The notes below the pieces were generated by a model that was not told where the DNA came from, did no database searches, and saw only the letters and a list, made by a program, of their open reading frames with translations. Of a stretch of 64,000 bases of DNA, positions 11,995-25,048 are shown piece after piece. Origin of the DNA: Squalus acanthias (Eukaryota); contig CM059433.1 in NCBI GenBank assembly GCA_030390025.1, forward strand, positions 26,910,001-26,974,000. The letters run 5' to 3'. Position 1 is the first letter of the stretch; each line of letters opens with the position of its first letter. The translations under genes and the position numbers were made by a program.

Positions 11995-12795
11995 AGAATG
12001 GGTGTGAAATTGGCAAATTAATTTCAATATAGATAAGTATGAGGTGGTGCATTTTGGTAGGAAGAATAAGGAGGTGACCTACTCGGTGACCTACTCCTTG
12101 GAAAATAAGAGTCTAAATGGGATAGAGGAGCAAAGGGATCTAGGGGTACAGATACACAAATCAGAAAAAGTAGTGACCCAGGTTAATAAGGCCATAAAAA
12201 AGCAAACCAAGCACTGGGGTTCATTTCTAGAGGGATAGAATTGAAAAGCAGAGAAGTTATGTTAAACTTGTATCGAACCTTGATTAGACCAGACTTGGAA
12301 TATTGTTCAAAGTTCTGGTTTCCATATTATAAAAAGGATATAGAGGCACTGGCGAAGGTGCAAAAAAGATTCACAAGGCTGAAAGAATAGAGAAGTGAAG
12401 GCTGAGGGGTGACCTGATAGAGGTTTTTAAGGTAATGAAGAAGTTTGATAGGGTGGACATGGAGAAAATGTTTCCACTTGTGGGGGAGTCCAAAACTAGA
12501 GGTCATAAATGTAAGATAGTCACTAAATCAAATAGGGAATTCAGGAAAAACTTCTTTACCCGAAGAGTGGTAAGAATGTGGAACTCGCTTACCACAGGAG
12601 TAGTTGAGGCAAATAGCACAGATGCATTGATGCATTTAAAGGGGAAGCTAGATAAGCACATGAAGGAGAAAGGAATAGAAGGGCATGCTGATAGGGTTAG
12701 ATGAAGAGGGGTGGGACAAGGCTCATGTGGTGCATAAACGGCAGCAGAGACCTGTTGGGCTGAATGGCCTGTTCTGTGCTGTAAAATTCTATCTA
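11995..12795 (+). mobile_element. Decayed CR1 3' fragment
   Basis: VVHFGRKN...QRDLGVQIH and FRKNFFTRRVVRMWNSL. Confidence 0.85.
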
Positions 12796-13349
12796 ATTTC
12801 AGACTAATGGGTTTGTAGATGCCTGTGTCTAATTTGTCACCTTGCTTAAGGTGGGCACCACATTGACGTGTTTCCAATCTATTGGTACCTCCCCAGTTTC
12901 TATTGACTCCCTCATAATGATAGTTTCATAGTACAGAATCTACAAGCTCTGCACAGTACAGTAAAAGTATAAGTGGCTTTTGATGTGGTTGAGGGAAGAT
13001 GTTGATACAATTGTGGCTGTGGAGAGGCAGAGGAGATAGACAACATCAGCTCTCTGGACAGAATGATGAGCAGAGGGCAGCTCTGGTCTGGCATGTCAAA
13101 CACACATGCGGAGAGTCGTAAGTGGGCATGGGTGGCAGGGGCCCCAGGCAGAATTCCTAGCTTTGCCTTGCTTCTTCTTGCCGGTGAGCACTTGAAGTTT
13201 CCTTTGGTTTGACACCAAGATTCAACACCAAAACCGGTGTCAATCTCATTAATGATTACTGACATATTCATACAGTGCGACAGTAAAGTGTTGGTATCCA
13301 GAAGTTTGCAATGCCAGCTGTCTTTTATCAAATCCTTCACTCCTTACAG

Positions 13350-13454
13350 ATCTGGGATTTACATCTGAATGATCCTGAATGCCATGGAACGGAGACTGAA
13401 GATTTCTATGTGTTCAGCGTAAAAACAAACCTTTCAGACTGCGGCACCATTATG
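13350..13454 (+). CDS. ZP-domain protein exon (ZP-N)
   Basis: ccttacag|ATC...ATG|gtactg; IWDLHLNDPECHGTETEDFYVFSVKTNLSDCGTIM (LND..C and CGT motifs). Phase 0/0. Confidence 0.9.
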
Positions 13455-14147
13455 GTACTGTCCCCCGAGCTTTCACTGCTACCTTTTGACGATGATAACT
13501 TGGGAGAATTATAGCGACGCAATATTGACTAAGTTAATGTTAGCGCCAAAAAGTGAGAAGATTATTCTTTCCTTATAGAATTGACTAAATCCTAGTACAG
13601 ACAGGGGTAAGCAGCTATCACTCCTTGATATGCAGTTAGTTCAGTGAGGACCCAGTGGTCTTGCATTGCCCTGATTTTATGCAATGAAATTAATTTACCA
13701 ATGGGAAAAATATTGGTCGTCTGAATTTATGAAAGAAAAATAGCAGTTTGTACATAAAAGGTAAAAAACTGTACAGTGGTCAATTTTTTCAAAGTAAATT
13801 CTTAATTCAAATACATTCACCCATTCCACTAACCCGTCCAAACCTTCCTGAAGACACTCACAATCCACTCCGCTGTTTGACAGACCCCTCTACTTCTGTG
13901 TCATCGGGAACTTTGATACTATGCTTTCCACACCCAAGTCCAAATTATCGCTCTACACCAAGAACAAACTTTGGACCCGGCATTGACCCTTGGGGTTTGC
14001 CATTTCCAACTCTTCTCTGATCCGAGTAGCACCCTTGCAGAAAATGGTTCAACACAGAGGCTCTGACTGCTAGGAAGTTTCCTGTGTGATATCTTGGAAT
14101 TGAATGAAGCCTCATGAATTTCTTTTCTGTTATGCTACAGACAATAA

Positions 14148-17100
14148 GGGCTCGATTTTGCCAGGCCCGAGGAGGCGGGATTAGAGGCGTGTGAGGTGTT
14201 AAAATTGCAAAAAATGGCGGGCGGCTCCGATCCCGCCTCCAGCCCGCCTCCGAGCAATTTTCCCAGAATCGGGGTTTCAGACCCCGTTTCCATCCCGCCT
14301 CCAAGAGGCGGGATAGGCCCTTAAGGCCCTTAACAACCAGTTAATTGCCTCTATAATTCCATTTTGAGAGGCCTTTCTGATTTTAACACATTTCCCCCGT
14401 CCTGCACGTCTCCTCTGGAACACGCCAGTTAATCCTGACGGCCTCACAAGTGGATTGCTTACTAACAGCTGCAGCTCCACCATTAAAAAGGAGTTTTCAC
14501 CAAAGATCATTTGCAAGTGGCAGAACTTTGTTGTCTCAGGTCTGGGGGAACTTTTAGCAGGCATACTCATTGTTGTGGAAGTTTGGAGCCATCTCCAGTG
14601 TGACCTCCTGGGAAACCCCTCTCCCCACCTTGACTGAGCGCTTCCTCAACTGAGGCATATACCAGAAGCATGGGAACCATTTATTTCCTTTCCTCCTGGA
14701 CATCAGATTCGGACGAAGGCCAGCCGTGGCAGCAGCAGAACCATAAACAACAGCAGCAGCAACAACAGGATCGCCAAGCTGCTGCTCACCCACCTGAAGC
14801 TGCACAGGCAACAAGGCGCCAGCGCGCGACCACATTGCTGCCCGGGATGCAAGGGACGCACTCATGTTGGCCAGATTTGCTTAGCCTGCACAATCAAACA
14901 CTTTTGCCTCGCACCTTCTTACCAGAGCATCGACACTGGACCAGAACCTACGGATTGCTATCACTCTGACCACCATACTGACCATTGCAAGTCGCCCTAA
15001 GTCCTCAATTTGGAAGTCCCATTTGCGAGATGACACAGGCAACAACTTCAACAGTTTGCCATCAAATCTGTTTATCATCATATTACAAGGATGGCTTTCA
15101 AAAAAAAGTACAACAGAACACTCAAGTGACTACCCTTGTGACTACTTGTGCTTTATCTTCCTCTTACACGTGCTCCTATGTGGTGCTTCCCCTGTGGCTT
15201 CAGCAGATGTGGAGGCCCCTTGCTCACTTTCTTGCTGCTCCTGTCTCGACACCTTTGGCGGGCGTCCTCTGGGGTTGCGAGCCTGTGAGGGCTTGGCAAC
15301 AGTCTGCTGCTCCTGCGGCTGTGCAGTTGGGTGAAGACTCTGGTGGGGATCTGACCGAGGGCTTTGCAGTGGCATGGTCGTGTGAGCGCTTCGAGAGGAG
15401 CCCCCACTTCCTTGTTGTCTGCCACCAACATCCCTCTCATGGGTCAGCCCCACTTCAGAGCTAGCAGGTGGCTTGACAGCACCTTGCTGCACTTCAGGGG
15501 GGCCACGAGGACCCATTTCTGCACTGGAAGTCCTACTCCAGAGGACTTCCATGAAGGTCTGGTTTCTATGCTCAATAGCTGACCATCGCTCCTCAAGAGA
15601 TGTCCATCTATTCTGAACAATGACGACTTAGCTCCTCCATGGCCGTAGCCATCCTCTCCTCTGCCGTAGCCATCCTTTCCATGGAGGTTGCCATCCTTTC
15701 CGTGGTGATGCGTTCATGCACCAATGCCTCCACAAAGCCTCTGCTCATGTTCGCGATGGACTCCTCCATTCGCTCCACACTCGCAGCAACCCTGGAGACA
15801 AAAGCTGCCAGAGACTCCTGCACCTGTTCCTGGAGTTCCAGCACCGCTCTCCTTCTGGATGGACCCGGAGGCACAGGGTCGACATGCAGCTGAGCCGAGC
15901 TGGGAGAGTCCTGCACCCTCCGACGAGGACTCTCCACTGCTGTCCCTGTCTCCACCATCTGCTGATGCTCACTTGTGAGCTGTGATACACCAGGTGACAA
16001 CACTACTCTATCTCGTGAAGGTCCCACCGAGGTGTGAGTGTCTGCGCTGGTGCTGGGTGCGCTGAATTCTGCTGACGCTGCACCCTCAGAGGTTGCAGCT
16101 TCCTCTGAGGAGTCTTGAGGCTCAGGCTGTTCCTCCTGGACAGTGGAGACGGGGGCTGTCGTTGGTCCTGTTGGGGAGTAAAGGAAAGAGTTAGAGATGT
16201 GAGGTAAAGGTTGCATGCACATTGAATTGTGCAGATGATCATAAGTCAATCTGTTAGAGCATCAGAATCATTATCAGTCACTCATGCAATGTCAATGACA
16301 GAGATGCCAAACTATTCTGTCACCAGCTTGCTGTGATGCGCCCGTCTGTCCGTCCCCCACTTGCGAATCTTCCTCGACACCGGCGATTTCCAGGGCCGCC
16401 TCCTCCCAGGTGGTGAGCTGGGCTACTGAGGGTGGCCCTCCTCCTGTCCTCACTCTTTCCCTCTTATTGTGGGCTCTCTTTTCCTCCAATGAGGGACACA
16501 AGTGGAGTTTGAGTGAGAATGAAGGAGTGAGTGTAGAGAATCCATAGCATAGATGCTTAGAAGGAGACAAAGGGCCCTCCCTGTGTGTTGTAAGTTGTTG
16601 TCATTGCATCACAGTGATAGGGAGTGTGAGGGCTGCATGGTCGAATAGTTAAGTGAATGTGACCATAGAGAGAGAGGGAATGGGTAAGGGTGCAGGGATG
16701 TCAGTGTCAAGTGGGATGTGGAGGAAGAGGTTGGCAAAGCAGAGTGCTGGTGAGGAGAGGCGATGGGGATCAGATTGAGGGTGATGGGAAAGTCATACTC
16801 ACTTTTCCTGTGCGGAGAAGGTCATGAAACCTCTTCCTGCATTGCAGCCAGGTTCTGCGGCACATAGAGATTGAGTTGACATCCTGAGCCACTTGCATCC
16901 ACACAGCGTTAGTCTGCTGGGGAGGCTTTTTCCTCCCTGAGGAAGGGAAGAGCACCTCATTATTTGATCTTGCTCCCTCCACCAGAGCTTGGAGGGAGGC
17001 CTCATCGAACCTTGGAGCACACTTTGGCCTACTGCTGGACATAGTTGCTGAATGAAGCGATCACAACAATGGGCATAAAGTTTAAAGTCTCCAGAAGAAG

Positions 17101-17322
17101 CAAGGCTGCTTGCAGGCCTTAAATCCAGCAGCATTGATGGTGTCATCGGAGGCGATTTTCTGTATGAAAAGACTCATTGGGCCAGGGGTTTCCACACGCT
17201 GGAAATCAAGTGCCCAATTTGGGCAAAATCGCACTTTTTTTCCACTTCACATTGGAGTCGGGATCCTGACACGAAAACCACCTGACACGCCCCAGCCTGC
17301 CCCCAATGGCAAAATCGAGCCC
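14148..17322. mobile_element. PIF/Harbinger DNA transposon, 3175 bp, apparently non-autonomous
   Basis: Perfect 16-bp TIR GGGCTCGATTTTGCCA (14148-14163 / 17307-17322), TAA TSD on both sides, internal Myb/SANT gene. Confidence 0.93.
15142..17042 (-). pseudogene. Harbinger Myb/SANT-like (trihelix) DNA-binding protein; exons 17042-16803, 16483-16324, 16167-15142 with a frameshift near 15610
   Basis: APRFDEASLQALVEG...WMQVAQDVN...RTWLQCRKRFHDL|gtgagt; EKRAHNKRERVRTGGGPP; cag|GA CCA; coiled coil SMERMATAEERMATAMEE; C-terminal PRGRPPK AT-hook. Confidence 0.85.
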
Positions 17323-17399
17323 TAAGAGTCTAACAGCTGCCTCTCTGAAATTTATGGCTGGGAATTGTTTCCCCCACTCTTCCTTCATTGCCCCCTTGC

Positions 17400-17745
17400 C
17401 ATGGGGTTCCCGATGAGCATTCCCGTATATGCCCTCATTGTGGAGGTAGAACAAGAGAATGATGAAAAGATGAGAGAGGCAAACAGGAGAAGACCTTATC
17501 ACCAGACCATGCCGCCCCTTCAAGGACCTATCAGAAGAGGTCTCTGTAAGAGGGCTATGGTTCATTGAGGAGGCCCGGAAGGAACTCTGTGTCCTGTTGT
17601 AAACGGACTTCCAAACATTCTCCCTGACACCCACTGCTCTCCGTCCAGGTGAGAATCATCACAGCCCCTCAGTTCCTATTCCTCAGAATCCTTTCGGGTC
17701 GTGACTGATGACATTTGCAGCATCACTCAGTTTTCAGCCCATTGC
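17400..17745 (+). pseudogene. Harbinger (HARBI1-like) transposase N-terminal remnant, outside the TIRs above
   Basis: Frameshifted RRRPY...RLWF.EE..KELCVLL*TD...TAL/SVQVRIITA...DICSITQFSAHC resembles the HARBI1 HTH region. Confidence 0.6.
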
Positions 17746-17819
17746 CCCTTACATTAAATTACTGATACACTTTACAGCAGGGCCCCCTGATGTATAACCT
17801 TTGGAAAGTTAGCCTGGGA

Positions 17820-18170
17820 AAGACATAAAAGATTAAGGGGTGATCTAATTGAGGTGTTTTAAAATAATTAAATAATTCAATAGAGTAGATATTTCCTCTG
17901 GTGGGAAAGTCTAGAACAAGGGAGCATAACCTTAAAATTAGAGCTAGGCCATTCAGGGGTGATGTCCGGAAATACATCTTCACACAGAGGGGGAGTGGAA
18001 ATCTGGAACTTCCCCCCAAAAAAAGCTGTTGAGGCTGAGGGTCAATTGAAAATTTCAAAACTGAGATCGATAGATTTTTGTTAGGCAAGGGTATTCAGGG
18101 TTACGGAACCAAGAAGGGTAAATGGAGTTAAGATACAGATCAGCCATGATCTAATTGAGAGGCGGAACAG
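17820..18170 (+). mobile_element. CR1 3' fragment
   Basis: aagattaaggggtgatctaattgaggtg... and gatcagccatgatctaattga tail. Confidence 0.8.
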
Positions 18171-18171
18171 G

Positions 18172-18552
18172 AGGAATGGGATTTAATGGGAGAATTAATG
18201 TACTAGATGAATGGGATTTGGTGAGAGAATTAATGTACTAGATGAATGGGATTTGGTGAGAGAATGAATGTACCAGAGGAATGGGCTTGAATGGGAGAAT
18301 AAGTGTACTAGAGGAATGGGATTTGATGGGAGATTTAATGTACTAGATGAATGGGATTTGATGGGAGAATTAATGTACTAGATGAATGGGATTTGGTGAG
18401 AGAATGAATGTACTAGAGGAATGGGCTTGAATGGGAGAATAAGTGTACTAGAGGAATGGGATTTGATGGGAGATTTAATGTACTAGAGGAATGGGTTTGA
18501 ATGGGAGAATAAATGTACTGGAGGAATGGGCTTGAATGGGATAGTTAATGTA
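18172..18552. repeat. 35-36-bp minisatellite (gaatgggatttgatgggagaattaatgtactagag)n
   Basis: About 10 diverged tandem copies. Confidence 0.9.
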
Positions 18553-18687
18553 GAAGAAGGATGTGCTTTCGTGGGAGAGTTAAGGTGCTAGAGTTAGATG
18601 GGCCAAATGTCCCATTGTCTTCCTTAACTTATTTGTTGTAAATGAATGCTGTAAATTGTTTTTTAAAAATTGCTGTATTGTTTCCAG

Positions 18688-18848
18688 GCCTCTGATGATT
18701 TGTACATCGTGTTTAGTAATACAATACAGAACAACAACTCTGGCATTATCACCAGGACCCACATCAACATCACGTTTGCATGCAGGTACCCAATGAACTA
18801 CATTGTGCAGCAGTTCAATGCTGAAAACAAGATAAATGTTGACACCAG
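18688..18848 (+). CDS. ZP-domain protein exon (end of ZP-N)
   Basis: tttccag|GCC...ACC AG|gtaact; ASDDLYIVFSNTIQNNNSGIITRTHINITFACRYPMNYIVQQ (IITR...F.C.Y motif). Phase 0/2. Confidence 0.92.
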
Positions 18849-18936
18849 GTAACTGCTCCATGTATGAAATATTGCATGAGTTTTTCCTTATATCCAAAGA
18901 TGCTTTTTCAGTGCTAATTCACTGTGCTTGTTTTAG

Positions 18937-19072
18937 AACCATCACATTGAACACTGAAGATGGGAACTTTTCTATTGCAATGATACTTTTCAAAGATGAA
19001 AGTTATAAGGAGAAATGGACAACTGTTCCTTTTTTGAGTCTGGAAGATAACATCTATGTGAAAGTCAACATG
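18937..19072 (+). CDS. ZP-domain protein exon (IHP and start of ZP-C)
   Basis: ttttag|A ACC...ATG|gtatga; TITLNTEDGNFSIAMILFKDESY...LSLEDNIYVKVNM. Phase 2/0. Confidence 0.92.
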
Positions 19073-19394
19073 GTATGAATTCTCTTCCCCCCCACCACCA
19101 CACCCTTTGATCTAAGCTTCATATTATAGCTGCAACAACTGTGAAATTTGATCTGGGAGCTGAACGAATGGGGGGTGCAGGGGAAGGCAAAGAAACAAAT
19201 GAGAGGTTTGTACCAGTCCATCAGCAGAGGTAGAGTGAGGAGGAGACCTTTATAAAGGCTTCACATCGGTACTCATTCCAATGTGGTGTCAATAGCAGGT
19301 CACTGCGATGGGGCTATAACAGGTAACATCTTGGATCACACTATGGGCTGCCAGTAACTCTATTATTACATGGAGAACTAATGTACAAATAGAA

Positions 19395-19735
19395 ATCATA
19401 GAATCTTACGGCACAGAAGGAGGCCATTCAGCCCTTAATGCCAGCACCGGCTCTTTGAAAGAGCTCTCCAATTAGTCCCACTCCCTTGCTCTTTAACCAT
19501 AGCCCTGCAATTTTCTCCTCTTCAAATATATATCCAATTCCCTTTTGAAAGTTACTATTGAATCTGCTTCCACCACCCTTTCAGGCAGTGCATTCCAAAT
19601 CATCATAACTGGCTGCATAAAAAAAATTCTCATCTCACCTCTGGCTCTTTTGCCAATTAACTTAAATCTTTGTCCTCTGGTTACTGACCCTTAAGCCACT
19701 GGAAACAGTTTCTCCTTATTTACTCGATCAAAACC
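19395..19735 (-). mobile_element. CR1 3' fragment
   Basis: Reverse-complement match to the family at 3596-4016. Confidence 0.8.
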
Positions 19736-20239
19736 CTCTGAGTGAGGTAGGGGTGATTAACTGCAACCGTTTTTATACCTTCTCTGAAATTCATTTATTT
19801 GTTCTGATAGTGATTGTGTTAACTTTCAAAAGTTCTTGGAATATTGAGTAATGAAGGTTAGTCCTGGTATCGCCCTAGTAAATCTTCATTGCATTTTCTT
19901 CAGGGCTATTCATTTCCTTCCTACAATGAGGAGCCCAAAACTGCACACTGCATTCCAGAGGTGGTCTAATCATTGTTTTGTGCAGGGTCCTCATGACCTC
20001 TTTGCTTTTGCATTCGATCCCTCTCCAAATAAACCCAAAATCCTATTTGACCTTTCGTTTTTTTAAAAACCTGCAGTTAATTGTCACATCAAAGGCCTCC
20101 ACCGTCTCCCTTTGTACTACACTGCAGTGTCAATCTAGATTATGGGCTCAAGTCCTGGACTCACAGGTGGGATTGTTTCCAACTGAGTCCTGCTGATATA
20201 AACATTACTTGGATAGATTGAATTAGTCACTTAGCCCCT

Positions 20240-21950
20240 GACCTACCCTGATCCCCTATCCTTCTCTAGAATCTCCTGTATCTTCCCTTGTGCCCTCTCC
20301 GAGCTCATCTTGTCCATGATACCCACCTCTTGCTCGCATGACCCCATTCCCACGAAACTGCTGACCACCCAACTCCCCTTCCTGGCTCCCATGCCAGCTG
20401 TAATTGTAAATGGCTTCCTCTCCTCAGGTACTGTCCTCCTTCCTTTCAAAGCACCCATCATCACCCCGCCTCCTCAAAAAAACATACTCAACCCCTCTAT
20501 CCTTGCAAACTACTGACCCATTTCAACCTCCCTCTCATCTCAAGACCTTGAACGTGTTGTTTCCTCCCAAATCAATACCCTTCTTCCCTGCAAATCCTTG
20601 TTTGAACCTCTCCAATCAGGTTTCCACCCCTGCCACAGCATTGAAACGGCCCTAATCAAAGTCACAAATGACATCCTCTGTGACTGTCACCGTGGGGCAC
20701 TATCCCTCCTCATCCTTCTCAAACTCTCTGCAGCCCTTGACACGGTTGACCACACCATCCTCTGCAATGCCTCTCCTCTGCTGTCCAATTCAGAGAGACT
20801 AGCCTTGCTTGGTTCCACTCTTACCTATCCAATCGTAGCTAGAGCATCTTAAGCTATGGCTTCTCTTCTTGTCCCCACACCGTTACCTCTGATGTTCTCC
20901 AAGGATCTATTTTTAGCTCCCTCCTCTTCCTCATATACATGCTGCTCCTTGATGACATTATCCAAAGGGGTCAGGTTCCACATGTACACTGATGATACCC
21001 AGCTCTACCTCTCCGCCACCTCCATTGCACCTTCTACTAGCCTTATATGTGGTCAGACAGCTTATTTGATATCCAGTCTTGGATGAGCCAGAATTTAACC
21101 CAATTAACATTAGGGAGACCAAAGCCATCATCTTCAGCCCCCACCACAAACTCTGTATCCTTGTCATTGATTCCATGCCCCTTCCTGGCCACTGTCTCAG
21201 GTTGAACCAGACTGTTTGCAACTTTGGAGTTCTAATCGACCCCGATCTGTTTCTGACCTCGTATTTGCTCCATCGTAAAGACAGTCTACTTCCACCTCTG
21301 TAACATCACCTGTCTCTGCCCCACCTCAGCCCAGTTGATGCTGATAATCTAATCCGTGCCTTTGTTACCTCCAGATTGGACTATTCGACTGCTCTCCTGG
21401 CCGCCCCCACCCCCCATCCTCCACCCTCCAACTCATCAAATACTTTGCTCCCTGTAGTCAATCCCGCACCAAGTTCCACTCATCCATCACTCCTGACCTT
21501 GCATAGCTACACTGGCTCCCCGTCCCCCAACACCTTATAATTAAAATTCTTATGCTTAAATCCCTCCATGGCCTTGGCCCTCCCTGTCTCTGTGACCTCC
21601 TCCAGCCTTTCAATGTATTCCCCGCCTTCAGCTGTCTAAGCCCCACACTTTGGAATTCCCTTAATAAACCCCTCCGCCTCTCCATTTTCCTCTCCTCATT
21701 TAAGACACTCCTTTAAAACCTACCTCTTTGACCAAGCTTTTGGTCACCAGTCCTAATATTTCCTTATGTGGCTCAGTGTCAAATTTTGTCTGATAACGCT
21801 CAAGACCCACCTCTTTGACCAAGCTCTTGGTCACCCCTCATAATATCGCCTCCTTTGACTCTGCATCCGTTTTTGTCTGTTTACGCCCTTGTGAAGCGCC
21901 TTGGGACATCTTTCTATGTTAAAGGTGCTCTATAGATGCAAGTTGTTGTT
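20240..21950 (+). mobile_element. Decayed L2 LINE (RT region and 3' tail)
   Basis: DPIPTKLL, QSGFHPCHSIETALIKVTND...LSAALDTVDH, MYTDDTQLY; tail gtgaagcgccttgggac...aaaggtgctctatagatgcaagttgttgttg. Confidence 0.88.
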
Positions 21951-22353
21951 GTCTTTGTCATTGCCAGGTGGTGAGCAAGGGCATGGAGATATGGCTGGTT
22001 CACGTGGAAGTGAGGCTTTGGTGTCACCTTGATGGGCGGACTTAATATTAAGTGGCACTTCTGCCCCAAAACCTGGAAAATTGAGAGCTGAATATCAATT
22101 TCTCCTTTAACTCTGTTAAGCATGATGAGACTGTCACGCATTCCGTGCAGAGTCCAAGCTCCTGGTGGGATACACAGGATGGGAAGTGGTGCACACCTGC
22201 AGTAGGGGCCGGTGACTTCAGGGCAGAGCTGGGTTCTGCGGCCAGATCACAGGGTCAACACCAGACGGACCATTCCCATAAATCAGAATTGTTATCCCGT
22301 GACGATGTAATTTCTCACTGGAAGGAATTCCATCAAGATGTAATTCACTCATT

Positions 22354-22670
22354 AAAGAAAGAAAGAATTTGCATTTATATAGCACCTTTCACAACCTCAG
22401 GATGCCCCAAAGCGCTTTACAACCAAAAAAGTACTTTTGAAATTTAGTTACTGCTGTAATGTAGGAAACGCAGCAGCCAATATGCACACAGCAAGCTCCC
22501 AAAAACAGCAATGAAATAAATAAGATAACCCGTTTTATTTAGTGATGCAGGTTGAGGGATAAATATTGGCCAAGACACCAGGGAGAACTCCCTTGCTCTT
22601 GCGCCATGAGAATTTTTACGTCCACCTGAGAGGGCAGACGGGGCCTCGTTTAACATCTCATCTGAAAGAT
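22354..22670 (-). mobile_element. Deu-domain SINE with L2-type tail
   Basis: Minus strand: gaggccccgtctgccctctcaggtggacgtaaa...gcgtttcctacattac...aaaggtgctatataaatgcaa. Confidence 0.8.
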
Positions 22671-22855
22671 GGATTAGTTAATAATTGAAAATGACTAGTT
22701 AATAAATGATAGTTGCAAATGCATTTAAAATGTAATCTTTTGTTTTTTCCTACTCGCCGTCACTGTTATAATTTGTTTCCCTTAGCACTTTCTCTCATTA
22801 GTTAAAAGATACTCGGGGTTTCCCCCCAACAATGCTCTTTGTGGTTGATTTTCAG

Positions 22856-22950
22856 ATACCAACTCATTTATTGGTGCGTCTAGAAAAGTGCTGGGCAACA
22901 CCAACCAATGAGCCCCATCATAACACTCAGTACATCTTCATCAAAGACAG
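22856..22950 (+). CDS. ZP-domain protein exon (ZP-C)
   Basis: ttcag|ATA...GAC AG|gtaggt; IPTHLLVRLEKCWATPTNEPHHNTQYIFIKD (CWATP hallmark). Phase 0/2. Confidence 0.93.
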
Positions 22951-24519
22951 GTAGGTGTTTGGCCCATTGTTCATGCCATCATCTGCTGCAGGTTAGTGGC
23001 GGAACGCGACCAATGTCTAGAGGTACCAGTCAGAGCTGCACAAATCAAAAGCGGTTCAGTCTCAGCACAATGGACTAGCCTGTGTCGAGGTCCACACTCA
23101 TATAAACCAGGAGAGACCCTCACTGATACAGAATAAATCCAGTGCCCAGGAGTGTCCCCCATTGATACAGTATAAACCCAGTGCCCAGGAGAGACCCCCA
23201 CTGATTACAGTATAAACCCAGTGCCCAGGAGAGACCCCCACTGATACAGTATAAACCCAGTGCCCAGGAGAGACCCCCATTGATACAGAATAAACCCAGT
23301 GCCCAAGAGAGACCCCCATTGACACAGTATAAACCGAGTGCCCAGGAGAGACCCCCATTGATATAAACCAGGCGCCCAGGAGAGACCACCCTTGATATAA
23401 ACCCAGTGCCCAGGAGAGACCCCCATTGATATAAACCCAGAGCCAAGGAGACACCCCCACTGATACAGTATAAACCCAGTGCCCAGGAGAGACCCCCATT
23501 GATACAGAATAAACCCAGTGCCCAGGAGTATCCCCCATTGATACAATATAAACCCAGTGCCCAGGAGAGACCCCCATTGATACAATATAAACCCAGTGCC
23601 CAGGAGAGACCCCCATTGATACAATATAAACCCAGTGCCCAGGAGAGACCCCCATTGAAACAGAATAAACCCAGTGCCCAGGAGAGACCCCCATTGATAC
23701 AGAATAAACCCAGTGCCCAAGAGAGACCCCCATTGATACAGAATAAACCCAGTGCCCAGGAGAGATCCCCATTGATATAAACCAGGCGCCCAGGAGAGAC
23801 CCCCCTTGATATAAACGCAGTGCCCAGGAGAGACCCCCATTGATATAAACCCAGAGCCAAGGAGACACCCCCACTGATACAGTATAAACCCAGTGCCCAG
23901 GAGAGACCCCCATTGATACAGAATAAACCCAGTGCCCAGGAGTATCCCCCCATTGATACAATATAAACCCAGTGCCCAGGAGAGACCCCCATTGATACAA
24001 TATAAACCCAGTGCCCAGGAGAGACCCCCATTGATACAGAATAAACCCAGTGCCCAGGAGTGTCCCCCATTGATATAAGCCCAGTGCCCAGGAGTGTCCC
24101 CCATTGATGCAGAATAAACCCAGTGCCCAGGAGTGTCCCCCATTGATACAGAATAAACCCAGTGCCCAGGAGAGACCCCCATTGATACAGAATAAACCCA
24201 GTGCCCAGGAGAGACCCCCATTGATACAGTATAAACCCAGTGCCCAGGAAAGACCCCCATTGATATAAACCCAGTGCCTAGGAGAGACCCCGATTGATAC
24301 AGTATAAACCCAGTGCCCAGGAGAGACCCCCATTGATACAGAATAAACCCAGTGCCCAGGAAAGACCCCCATTGATATAAACCCAGTGCCTAGGAGAGAC
24401 CCCGATTGATACAGTATAAACCCAGTGCCCAGGAGAGACCCCCACTGATACAGAATAAACCCAGTTCCCAGGAGAGACCCCCATTGATACAATATAAACC
24501 CAGTGCCCAGGAGAGACCC

Positions 24520-25035
24520 TGATGTAAGCTCCCAAAGTGCGGACCCAGTGATATACAAGGTCGACGCTACTAGCTTGTTGGAAGAAAGACTGACCAAGTA
24601 ATTGAAGTCACAACGGTTTATTACAGGCCTGGGGAGAACCTCTCATGTCGCTTACATGAGTACAACTCCACCGAGCTAATGAAAACACACATATTTATAT
24701 CCAATCAGGTTTAAAAGTTACACACAATGCTAGGTCTAAAAACACATTACTCGTTTTACAAATATTTCTGTCTTGCCTTTACAGAGATCCAATTAGGTTT
24801 AAAAGTTACTTGGTTAGCAAACATTTCTGTCTCGCCTTATGGGGATCTCGTTATCCGAGGGTGGCTGTAAAAGTTACATACAATGCTATCTGTAAATCTC
24901 GTTGAAGGAGGTAGACTCCGAAAGCTTGTAAGGTGTTGTGTGACTTGAAACAAATCTCGTTAAAGGCCTGGCTTTCTGCAAATGAGTCATGCCCGAATTG
25001 CCCTGGTTATATCCAATTTTTAATATCTTACTTCA
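24520..25035 (-). repeat. 3' LTR (516 bp)
   Basis: Minus strand TGAAGTAAG...CTTACATCA (TG..CA, 8/9 inverted repeat), TATAAA near 24695, AATAAA at 24617-24622. Confidence 0.97.
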
Positions 25036-25048
25036 ATTCCCCCCTTTT
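25036..25048 (-). other. Polypurine tract
   Basis: AAAAGGGGGGAAT immediately before the 3' LTR. Confidence 0.92.
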
